DNA of 64,000 bases from an uncultured Sphingobacteriaceae bacterium (GTDB taxonomy: Bacteria; Bacteroidota; Bacteroidia; Sphingobacteriales; Sphingobacteriaceae): NCBI GenBank assembly GCA_964236465.1, contig CAXSBZ010000002.1:715-64714 (forward strand). Direction: 5' to 3'. A program made the position numbers and the translations under genes. Positions 56,296 through 64,000 of the stretch are shown one piece after another; within the stretch, counting starts at the first letter, position 1, and each line of letters opens with the position of its first letter. The notes below the pieces were generated by a model, which did no database searches, was not told the DNA's origin, and saw only the letters and a list, made by a program, of their open reading frames with translations.

Positions 56296-56898
56296 ATGCA
56301 AAAAATAAAACTGGATATTGTGGGCTTGTCCTACAGCCAAACTCAATCGGGCGCGTATGCACTGGTTTTGGGCGAGATCAGCGGCCGCAGGCGATTGCCA
56401 ATTGTGATTGGCAGTTTTGAAGCGCAAGCCATCGCTATAGAAATTGAAAAGATGACGCCAAGCCGGCCGCTCACGCATGATTTATTTAAAACTTTTGCCC
56501 AAGCTTTCCACATTACCATTCAGGAAGTGATTATTTACAACTTGATCGACGGGATTTTTTATGCTAAGCTGATCTGCTCCGACGGCAAAAAAACGATGGA
56601 AATTGATGCCCGTACTTCCGATGGCATTGCGATGGCTGTCCGTTTTAATTGCCCGATATTTACTTACGAATTTATTCTATCTTCTGCCGGGATTGTGATT
56701 GAAGGGAACGATTTTGTGTATCTCGAAAACATCAACGCTGATCCGCAGGATGAAAAAAACATTGCAGCCGTGGCCAAAGGCTATACTTCTTTTAGCCTAG
56801 AAGAATTGGAAACGAAACTGAAAGAAGCACTTTCTGAGGAATCTTACGAAAAAGCTGCCAAAATCCGCGACGAGCTGACGAGGCGCAAATCCTCCTGA
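56296..56898 (+). CDS. bifunctional nuclease family protein (DUF151) with C-terminal UVR motif
   Basis: Start at MQKIKLDIVGLS. RRLPIVIGSFEAQAI and RPLTHDL blocks, plus C-terminal EESYEKAAKIRDEL (UvrB/C-type). Confidence 0.8.
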   Translation: MQKIKLDIVGLSYSQTQSGAYALVLGEISGRRRLPIVIGSFEAQAIAIEIEKMTPSRPLTHDLFKTFAQAFHITIQEVIIYNLIDGIFYAKLICSDGKKTMEIDARTSDGIAMAVRFNCPIFTYEFILSSAGIVIEGNDFVYLENINADPQDEKNIAAVAKGYTSFSLEELETKLKEALSEESYEKAAKIRDELTRRKSS

Positions 56899-56978
56899 TA
56901 TTTGTCCACATTTTTCTGTAATCCCCGATCTAAACCTTAATTTTCAGCTTTTAATTTTGCAGCTGAATTAATTAACGT

Positions 56979-58256
56979 ATGGAAAGATTTACCGGACTAA
57001 TAGGAATTGTGTTGATTTTTGCAATTGCTTTTTTATTATCCAACAACAGAAAAGCGATTAATTATCGGGTAGTGCTGTCGGGTTTGGCCATTCAGCTTCT
57101 TTTAGCACTGTTTATTTTAAAAACGCCGGTTGGCAAGCATACTTTTTCCTGGCTGGGCGAAAAGGTTTCCAAACTTCTTGATTTTTCTCATGCCGGGGCG
57201 ATTTTTGTTTTCGGCCCGCTGACGGATCGTTTGTTTTTGAACAAAGCTTTCGGCACCAATGTGAACACCATTTTCTTTTTCAGCATCATTCCAACCATCA
57301 TTTTTGTAGCTGTTTTAGTGAGCGTGGCTTACCATTTGGGCATTATGCAACGGATCGTAAAAGGGGTTGCTATTGTGGTTTATAAATTGATGGGCGTTTC
57401 CGGAGCCGAAGCTTTGTCCAACGTGGCCAGCACATTTGTGGGTCAGGTGGAAGCGCAGATTATGATCAAACCATTTTTGAAAGGCATGACCATGTCGGAA
57501 TTACTGGCTTCCATGGCTGGCAGTATGGCTTGCATTGCGGGCGGCGTGATGGCGGTTTATATTTCTTTTGGAGTTCCTGCGGAGTATTTGCTGGCGGCCA
57601 GCATCATGGCAGCACCCGGTGCATTGGTCATTTCCAAGATCGTTTGGCCGGAAACGGAAATTTCTGAAACCAAAGGAAAAGTTTCGCTGGATATTAAAAA
57701 AGTAGATGCCAATTTGGTAGATGCCATTTCGCACGGTGCCAGCGACGGTTTGAAAGTTGGATTAAACGTAATTGCGATGCTAATTGGTTTTATCGCGATC
57801 ATTGCTTTGGTAGATTATCTGTTGGGTAAAGTTGGTTTTTTTATGGGTAATAACCTGCACGCCAGTTTGAATTTTATCGGTATCGATCTAAAAACATTGA
57901 GTTTAAAGCAGATTTTGGGTGCTTTATTCTCTGTTTTCGCCTGGGCGATGGGTGTTCCGGGAAAAGATGTACGCACTGTTGGCTCGTTGATGGGTACAAA
58001 AATGGTGCTGAATGAGTTTGTGGCTTACCTCGACCTAATTAAAATTAAAGCAGCTTTAACACCAAAAGCATTGGTAATTGCCAGTTTTGCACTTTGTGGA
58101 TTTGCCAATTTCAGTTCTATTGCGATACAAGTTGGCGGCATTGGAGAACTTGCCCCCGAACGCCGCCATGATTTAGCAAAACTTGGAATAAGAGCTTTGA
58201 TCTGCGGAACTTTAGCTTCTTATTTATCAGCCACCATTGCCGGTATTTTAATGTAG
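56979..58256 (+). CDS. nupC: NupC/CNT family nucleoside transporter
   Basis: 425 aa and polytopic, with conserved CNT blocks (FVFGPL, GTKMVLNEFVAY, LCGFANFSSIAIQVGG). Confidence 0.85.
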   Translation: MERFTGLIGIVLIFAIAFLLSNNRKAINYRVVLSGLAIQLLLALFILKTPVGKHTFSWLGEKVSKLLDFSHAGAIFVFGPLTDRLFLNKAFGTNVNTIFFFSIIPTIIFVAVLVSVAYHLGIMQRIVKGVAIVVYKLMGVSGAEALSNVASTFVGQVEAQIMIKPFLKGMTMSELLASMAGSMACIAGGVMAVYISFGVPAEYLLAASIMAAPGALVISKIVWPETEISETKGKVSLDIKKVDANLVDAISHGASDGLKVGLNVIAMLIGFIAIIALVDYLLGKVGFFMGNNLHASLNFIGIDLKTLSLKQILGALFSVFAWAMGVPGKDVRTVGSLMGTKMVLNEFVAYLDLIKIKAALTPKALVIASFALCGFANFSSIAIQVGGIGELAPERRHDLAKLGIRALICGTLASYLSATIAGILM

Positions 58257-58300
58257 ATTTTTGTGTGATAAAAGAAGCATTGAGTATCTTAATGCACGTT

Positions 58301-58415
58301 GTCATTTCGACCCAAAGGGAGAAATCTTTATTATACTGATTGGCTTGAATGCTTTTTTTAACGCCTAAAAAATGGTTTTTGTTGAAAGAAGATTTCTCCT
58401 ATCGTCGAGATGACA
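58301..58415. repeat. family-2 inverted-repeat pair (GTCATTTCGACCCAAAGGGAGAAATCT ... AGATTTCTCCTATCGTCGAGATGACA)
   Basis: Arms at 58301-58327 and 58390-58415. A degenerate family-1 copy (58349-58373) lies in the spacer, and family-1 copies flank the pair at 58267-58280 and 58451-58473. Confidence 0.8.
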
Positions 58416-58485
58416 GCACACGAGTTACACAAAAAAGCCTTCGTTTCCAAAAGCTTCTTTTATCACCTAAAATTTATAACCGAAA

Positions 58486-59772
58486 TTATCGTGCTTGCAT
58501 TTCCACATAATCCCGTTCTGTGGCACCCACATAAACCTGACGCGGCCGGCCGATTGGTTCTTTGTTCACTTTCATTTCTTTCCACTGCGCAATCCAGCCC
58601 GGCAATCTACCCAAAGCAAATAAAACGGTAAACATCTCTGTTGGGAAACCCAAGGCGCGGTAAATAATCCCGGAATAAAAATCCACATTCGGATACAATT
58701 TACGCTGCACAAAATATTCATCTTTTAAAGCGGCTTCTTCCAGTTGCTTGGCTATTTCCAAAACCGGATCATTCACGCCCAATCTTTCTAAAACATCATC
58801 ACATGCTTTTTTAATGATCTTGGCACGCGGATCAAAGTTTTTGTAAACCCGGTGGCCGAAACCCATTAACCGGAAAGGATCATTTTTATCTTTTGCCTTG
58901 GCGATCCATTTTTGTGTATCGCCGCCGTCATTTTTGATTTGTTCCAGCATTTCAATCACCGCCTGATTGGCACCACCGTGAAGCGGCCCCCACAAAGCAG
59001 AAATCCCGGCAGAAATAGAAGCGTACAAATTGCAATCCGAAGAACCCACAATCCGAACGGTTGAAGTAGAACAGTTTTGCTCATGATCGGCGTGCAGGAT
59101 CAGCAGCTTGTTCATCACATCTACCAAAACCGGATCAACTGCAACTTCTTCCGTACGCTGCCCAAAAGTCATGTGCAGGAAATTGCTTACATAATCATAT
59201 TTGTTCTGCGGATAAATGATCGGATGGCCAAAAGATTTTTTATAAATCCAGGAAACGATCGTACTCATTTTAGCCAGCATTTTGATGATGGTGAGATTGA
59301 TTTCCGCTTCCGTTTGATTGTTGTTTAAAGATTCGGGGTAAAAAGCCGACAGCGAGCAAATCAATGATCCCAGCTGGCCCATCGGATGGGAATGGCTCGG
59401 AAAGCCATCAAAAAACTTTTTCATATCCTCATGAACCAATGTGTGATGACTCACTTCGGTTTGGAAATCAATTAGTTGCTGTTCGGTTGGCAGTTCGCCA
59501 TAAATCAGCAAAAAAGCAACCTCCATAAAGCTTGATTTTTCGGCCAGCTGCTCGATAGAATAACCTCTGTAACGCAGGATGCCCAGCTCGCCATCCAAAA
59601 AAGTAATGGCACTTTTGGTGGCACCGGTATTTTTGTAGCCGGTATCCAAAGTGATGTAACCGGTAAGATCACGCAATTTGGCAATATCAACCGCTTTTTC
59701 ATTTTCCGTCCCTGTAATTACGGGCAAATCATAAGTATTTTCCGCGAGCTTTATTTGTGCTGTTTCTGGCAT
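58486..59772 (-). CDS. gltA: citrate synthase (type II)
   Basis: 428 aa with LHADHEQNCSTST, GPLHGGAN and MGFGHRVYK catalytic blocks. Confidence 0.95.
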   Translation of the reverse strand: MPETAQIKLAENTYDLPVITGTENEKAVDIAKLRDLTGYITLDTGYKNTGATKSAITFLDGELGILRYRGYSIEQLAEKSSFMEVAFLLIYGELPTEQQLIDFQTEVSHHTLVHEDMKKFFDGFPSHSHPMGQLGSLICSLSAFYPESLNNNQTEAEINLTIIKMLAKMSTIVSWIYKKSFGHPIIYPQNKYDYVSNFLHMTFGQRTEEVAVDPVLVDVMNKLLILHADHEQNCSTSTVRIVGSSDCNLYASISAGISALWGPLHGGANQAVIEMLEQIKNDGGDTQKWIAKAKDKNDPFRLMGFGHRVYKNFDPRAKIIKKACDDVLERLGVNDPVLEIAKQLEEAALKDEYFVQRKLYPNVDFYSGIIYRALGFPTEMFTVLFALGRLPGWIAQWKEMKVNKEPIGRPRQVYVGATERDYVEMQAR

Positions 59773-59872
59773 GGAGATATTGGTTAAAGCTCAAAAGTAA
59801 ATAAATCCGGCTAATTTGAGGTTTACGTTTGGATATAATTGTAAAATTCAGGTTTCAAGATCAATTTGAAAA

Positions 59873-60916
59873 TCAGGCCAATATTTCATAAACGGTTGCC
59901 GGCAGGGCTTTGTTTTTCAGCGTAACCTGCCCTATTTTTTGTATGGTAAAAGAAGCATTGGCCTGCTGATAAACTTGTTCGTTTACCAAAATCTGGCTGG
60001 GTTTGGCGGCAGATTGCAGGCGTTGTGCGGTGTTGACCGAATCGCCGATAACAGTATAATCCAGCCTTTTGAGCGAAATCGAACCGATATTACCGGAAAC
60101 CATTTCGCCGGAATTGATGCCGATAGAAATTTTAGGCTGAAAAATTTTGTTTCCTGCGGAGATTTCTGGCACCGTGCCCAATTGCGCTTTTACGGCCAAT
60201 GCCGATTGAATAGCACGTTGCAAATGATTTTCGCCTTTAAAAACAGCCATCACTGCATCGCCGATAAATTTATCTACGTGCCCTTGCTGCGCAATAATTT
60301 CTTTCACAATCTGATCAAACAAGCTATTTAACAAATGCACCACCGTGTTTGCCGGAACCTGTTCTGTAATCGAGGTAAACTCACATACATCCACAAACAT
60401 GATGGTAGCTTCGATCACTTCATTTTTCATCAGGTTGCTTTCAAATTCCTTGTGCGTCATAAAGTTGAGTACATTTTCATCCACATACATTTTCAGGATG
60501 TCGTTTTCCTTAATGGCTTTCAACGTTTCCTGCAACTGCCGTACATGCCGGATAGTTTTTTCCATCGTAAGGTCGAGATCTTCAAAATCCACCGGCTTCA
60601 CCACAAAATCAAATGCACCGCGGTTCATGGCCGTGCGGATGTTTTGCATATCGCCGTAAGCAGAAACCACTACCGCTTTCAGCATCGGGTTGGCTTCCGG
60701 CAGCCGGCTCAAAAGTGTCAGGCCGTCCATCACCGGCATATTAATGTCAGACAAAATAATGTCCAGATCAGGATGTTCCTTTACTTTTTGCAGTGCTTCT
60801 TCTCCGTTTCGGGCGAAAATAAATTCGTACAGATTGTCCCTGATTTTGCGGCGAAACTTCTGCTTCACCAGCAGTTCCAAATCCGGTTCATCATCCACCA
60901 CTAAAATCTTTGCCAT
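59873..60916 (-). CDS. response regulator fused to a class III adenylate/guanylate cyclase domain
   Basis: 347 aa. REC domain (ILVVDDEPD...ILSDINMP). The cyclase blocks are [39 protein letters not shown] and [14 protein letters not shown]. The start overlaps the upstream RR stop (TAATG). Confidence 0.85.
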   Translation of the reverse strand: MAKILVVDDEPDLELLVKQKFRRKIRDNLYEFIFARNGEEALQKVKEHPDLDIILSDINMPVMDGLTLLSRLPEANPMLKAVVVSAYGDMQNIRTAMNRGAFDFVVKPVDFEDLDLTMEKTIRHVRQLQETLKAIKENDILKMYVDENVLNFMTHKEFESNLMKNEVIEATIMFVDVCEFTSITEQVPANTVVHLLNSLFDQIVKEIIAQQGHVDKFIGDAVMAVFKGENHLQRAIQSALAVKAQLGTVPEISAGNKIFQPKISIGINSGEMVSGNIGSISLKRLDYTVIGDSVNTAQRLQSAAKPSQILVNEQVYQQANASFTIQKIGQVTLKNKALPATVYEILA

Positions 60917-61296
60917 TACGCCATATAAGTTTTAAGTTTTTCTTTCAATTGAATAAAATTAACCGGCTTGGTCAAAAAATCGTTCGCACCGTTTTGCATC
61001 GCCTGGTTGTAGTTTTCATCATCACCATAAGCCGTAATCATCATCACATACGGCGGTGCAGCAAGATGTTCCTGCCTGATTTCTTTCAGCAAATCTAATC
61101 CGCTCATGCCAGGCATATTGATGTCTGACAGGATCAATACAATTTCCGAATCATGCTGATGCAAATAATCTAAAGCTTCTTCTCCGGATTGTGCAAAGCT
61201 AAACTCGATTTCTCCGTTTTTGATTTCTTTGCGAAAACGTTGTATAAAAAGTGGTTGTACATCTGCCTCGTCATCAACTACCAATACTTTCATCAT
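60916..61296 (-). CDS. single-domain response regulator (CheY-like)
   Basis: 126 aa with [22 protein letters not shown] and TKPV motifs. Confidence 0.85.
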   Translation of the reverse strand: MMKVLVVDDEADVQPLFIQRFRKEIKNGEIEFSFAQSGEEALDYLHQHDSEIVLILSDINMPGMSGLDLLKEIRQEHLAAPPYVMMITAYGDDENYNQAMQNGANDFLTKPVNFIQLKEKLKTYMA

Positions 61297-61341
61297 TTAT
61301 TTCAATTTGATTAAAAAGAGTATGTGAATATTACCAATACA

Positions 61342-61803
61342 TTACAGTAATTGCTGAAAAAGGTACTGGTCATCGTAAGCTACTTGATATTTTTTTAAAA
61401 AATTTTGGTACTCATCTTTAAAGGTTTGCTTTTTATGGTGTTCTTCCTGGTTTTGGATATATTTATACATAGCATCTACGCTGGACTGACTATAAGAGAA
61501 CACGCCGTAACCTTCCTGCCACTCAAATCTTTCTGGTGTTAGTGCATGGTCATTTATGTATTTGGATGATTTGGCTTTTACCGTCTTTATTAATTCGGAA
61601 ACTGAGACAACAGGTTTCAAACCTAAAAAGCAATGTACATGGTCTTCCATTCCGTTTACTATAATTGTTTTGCATTTTGTTTCGTTAATTAAATTGCCAA
61701 TAACAGCATATAGTTGATGTTTCCATTCTTGTTGAATTACTGCCTGTCGGTACTTTACTGCAAAAACTACCTGGAGGTAAATTTGATGATAGGTATTGGC
61801 CAT
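61342..61803 (-). CDS. IS200/IS605-like Y1 (HUH) transposase, REP-associated tyrosine transposase (RAYT)-like
   Basis: 153 aa. HQIYLQVVFAVKYR N-terminus, HUH motif DHVHCFLG and a C-terminal YKYIQNQEEHH tyrosine block. There is no tnpB partner. AT-rich. Confidence 0.75.
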   Translation of the reverse strand: MANTYHQIYLQVVFAVKYRQAVIQQEWKHQLYAVIGNLINETKCKTIIVNGMEDHVHCFLGLKPVVSVSELIKTVKAKSSKYINDHALTPERFEWQEGYGVFSYSQSSVDAMYKYIQNQEEHHKKQTFKDEYQNFLKKYQVAYDDQYLFQQLL

Positions 61804-61820
61804 GTTTAAACTTTTCTTCT

Positions 61821-61937
61821 CAACGGGTTAAAACCCGTTGCTACAATATTGGTCGAGGCTACGCCTCTTTTATGAACAAGGTTTTAAACAGAGCCGTAAG
61901 CTCGGAACATCTTGTAGCGATGGGTTTTAACCCGTTG
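61821..61937. repeat. REPIN-like inverted doublet next to the RAYT gene
   Basis: CAACGGGTTAAAACCCGTTGCTACAA (61821-61846, itself a 9-bp hairpin) and TTGTAGCGATGGGTTTTAACCCGTTG (61912-61937) are inverted copies with 2 differences. The small hairpins GAGGCTACGCCTC and GAGCCGTAAGCTC lie between them. Confidence 0.65.
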
Positions 61938-61952
61938 TATTAAATATAATTA

Positions 61953-63299
61953 TTAAATTTTTAAAGGTAAGTTAATCAAAAACTCTGAACCTTCACCTAC
62001 TTCACTCTCCACCTCCAGCTTCCCGCCGTGCCCTTTTACCACAATATCATAGCTCAAACTCAAGCCCAAACCTGTTCCTTCGCCGGTTGGTTTTGTGGTG
62101 AAAAATGGCTGCAAAATTTTGTCCTTTACAGCTTCCGGTATTCCCGTTCCGTTGTCCTTTACTTTGATTACCAAAAAAGTATCGGTAAAAGAAGTATCGA
62201 CCATAACTTCCGGTTTGTAATCGGTTCCGGCTGTTTTTTGCTTTTGTTGCACAGCATAAAAAGCGTTGTTAAAAAGGTTTAATAAAACCCTGCCAATATC
62301 CTGCGGAATGATACTGATTTTAGGCAAATTTTCCTGAAAATGCGTGGTCAAAGCAGCGTTAAACGATTTGTCTTTTGCACGCAAACCGTGGTAGCTCAGC
62401 CGCAAATATTCATCTGCCAAAACGTTCAAATCTGTCAACTGCCGCTCGCCGCTGTTGTTGCGCGAATGTTGGAGCATGCCTTTTACAATACCATCGGCGC
62501 GCTTGCCGTGGTGGCGTATTTTTTCTAAATTTTGCTTGATGTCTGTTGCAATCGCCGATGCTTCTTTTACATCACCTTTTTCCATTTCTTCTTCCATCTC
62601 GTCCAATAGTTCAATGCTGACTTCAGAAAAATTATTCACAAAGTTCAACGGGTTTTGAATTTCGTGCGCAATTCCCGCGGTTAGTTCGCCCAGTGAAGCT
62701 AACTTTTCGGATTGGATCAACTGATCTTGTGTCGTCCGTAATTCTGCCAAAGCGTGCTGCAGTTCATCTTTTTGATTGAGCAATTCCGCCGTTCTTTCCC
62801 GCACCAAAACTTCCAGTTCTACTTTACGCTCGGCAATGGCTTTATTTTGCAATTCTTCCAGCCGCCGCTCTTCCAGTTCTTTTTTCCTGACTTTTTCCTG
62901 CCGGTTGGAAATAAACCAGGTTGCAAAAACCCAAATAAAAGCCAGCAACTTCGCTGTTTCAAAATAGTTGTGCCATTTTTGATACAGCTCATTATCAAAC
63001 AATATTAAAAGATTTTTCAATATAGAAACTGCAATATAAGGCAGCACGCTATAAGCAAGATTACGAACCTGTTGCAAAGTTTTTTCTTGATAAACGAGAT
63101 AGATTATTGCAAGTAAAGAAATGTCCCATATCCATTCTGTTACAATCTTATACTCATCTGCCACAATAAAAAAAACCAGCAGCACAATGTTAACTATAAA
63201 CGCAGTTTTTGCCCAGTGGTCCCATTCCGTCGGATGTGAAACTTTTTTTAAATTATTTCGGATAGCACGAATCAGGAAAAAAACAAATAAAAATTGCAC
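61953..63299 (-). CDS. membrane-bound sensor histidine kinase
   Basis: 448 aa with four or five N-terminal TM helices, a coiled-coil, the H-box LTAGIAHEIQNPLN, N-box NLFNNAFYA, G1 DNGTGI and G2 GTGLGL. Confidence 0.85.
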   Translation of the reverse strand: MQFLFVFFLIRAIRNNLKKVSHPTEWDHWAKTAFIVNIVLLVFFIVADEYKIVTEWIWDISLLAIIYLVYQEKTLQQVRNLAYSVLPYIAVSILKNLLILFDNELYQKWHNYFETAKLLAFIWVFATWFISNRQEKVRKKELEERRLEELQNKAIAERKVELEVLVRERTAELLNQKDELQHALAELRTTQDQLIQSEKLASLGELTAGIAHEIQNPLNFVNNFSEVSIELLDEMEEEMEKGDVKEASAIATDIKQNLEKIRHHGKRADGIVKGMLQHSRNNSGERQLTDLNVLADEYLRLSYHGLRAKDKSFNAALTTHFQENLPKISIIPQDIGRVLLNLFNNAFYAVQQKQKTAGTDYKPEVMVDTSFTDTFLVIKVKDNGTGIPEAVKDKILQPFFTTKPTGEGTGLGLSLSYDIVVKGHGGKLEVESEVGEGSEFLINLPLKI

Positions 63300-63327
63300 G
63301 GTAACAATTATTTGAGGTTGAAAAATA

Positions 63328-63357
63328 ATACTGTTTTTATGCCGGTAAAAACAGTAT
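63328..63357. repeat. palindrome of the diverged family-1 subtype (ATACTGTTTTTA-TGCCGG-TAAAAACAGTAT)
   Basis: 12-bp perfect inverted arms. Same subtype as 6333-6356, 21801-21824 and 55281-55305. Confidence 0.8.
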
Positions 63358-63490
63358 CGGCAATATAATAAAGATCGGCTGAAAGGTTTTATGTAACATC
63401 AAAAACGCTGAAAAAATACACCATTTTCCTGCTAATGATTTTGATTTTGTGTATCAAAACAATTCTATACAAAAAAGAATTGTTATTTGT

Positions 63491-63498
63491 ACATTTGC
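63491..63498 (+). promoter_or_regulatory. possible Bacteroidota -7 promoter box (TACATTTG = TAnnTTTG)
   Basis: Consensus match 26 nt upstream of the queA ATG. No well-spaced -33 TTG is seen. Confidence 0.3.
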
Positions 63499-63524
63499 GC
63501 CCTGAAATTTATTACGTTAAAGCA

Positions 63525-64000
63525 TGAAATTATCTCAATTTAAGTTCAACCTGCCGGAATCATTAATTGCACATTCTCCATCAGAAAAACGGGACGAAGC
63601 CCGGTTGATGGTGCTGCACAAAGATTCGGGCAAAATTGAGCATAAAATTTTTAAAGATGTTTTGGATTATTACGATGATAAAGACGTGATGATCCTGAAC
63701 AACACCAAAGTTTTTCCGGCCCGTTTGTATGGCAACAAAGAAAAAACGGGTGCTACCATCGAGGTTTTTTTGCTGCGCGAACTAAACAAAGAGCTTCGTT
63801 TGTGGGATGTTTTGGTTGATCCGGCCCGAAAAATTCGTGTGGGCAACAAGCTTTATTTTGGTGATGATGATTTGTTGATTGCCGAAGTGGTGGACAATAC
63901 GACTTCGCGCGGCCGTACCATCCGGTTTTTATTTGACGGAACGGACGAAGAATTCAGAAAAAATGTAGAGATTTTGGGCGAAACTCCGCTTCCGAAATAC
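63525..64000 (+). CDS. queA: S-adenosylmethionine:tRNA ribosyltransferase-isomerase, 3'-truncated by window edge
   Basis: Not in the ORF track because there is no stop inside the window. The translation [31 protein letters not shown]...[10 protein letters not shown]...GETPLPKY matches the conserved QueA N-terminal half. Confidence 0.9.

Noticed and set aside
1-64000. The family-1 repeat as a CRISPR array or as the Bacteroidota promoter (-33 TTG / -7 TAnnTTTG).
   Set aside because: Spacing between copies is irregular (tens of bp to several kb) and orientation is mixed, so it is not a CRISPR array. The motif lacks the TTG-N19-TAnnTTTG arrangement. It is found downstream of stops and within ORFs as often as upstream of starts.

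Overview
This 64-kb window looks like a Bacteroidota chromosome segment, probably from a Sphingobacteriia- or Chitinophagia-like organism. Three things support that: a giant surface protein ends in a T9SS type-B sorting domain, there are no Shine-Dalgarno sites, and a few TAnnTTTG-type -7 boxes are present.

The backbone is housekeeping: lepA, folD, queE, queA, recQ, dnaB, rlmB, etfBA, gltA, RNase P RNA, a sigma-54 activator, a cytochrome c/SCO cluster, a Y-family polymerase and a PIF1/RecD-like helicase. Small AT-rich accessory islets interrupt it:
- An EcoRV-like R-M pair (27964-29798).
- A split ABC-ATPase + DUF4276 (OLD/PARIS/AbiL-like) two-gene module (36379-38164).
- Three type II TA pairs: higBA and two yoeB pairs.
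- An IS200-like/RAYT tyrosine transposase with an adjacent REPIN-like hairpin doublet, inserted in a histidine kinase / response regulator / REC-cyclase operon.

One 9.6-kb gene (6466-16035) encodes a 3189-aa adhesin containing four tandem 1383-bp repeats.

The most unusual signal is at the DNA level. A 14-mer, ATGCTTCTTTTATC, has an extended intergenic form ATGCTTCTTTTATC-N4-CTAAAAT. I count about 21 exact copies and about 20 near-exact copies, on both strands, in nearly every intergenic region and also in frame inside many ORFs. Copies often form inverted pairs just downstream of genes. This distribution resembles DNA uptake sequences (DUS/USS) more than classical REP or MITE elements.

At least three further hairpin repeat families are present. 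A cluster of DnaA boxes lies upstream of dnaB. All homology calls come from motif recognition by eye, not from database searches.
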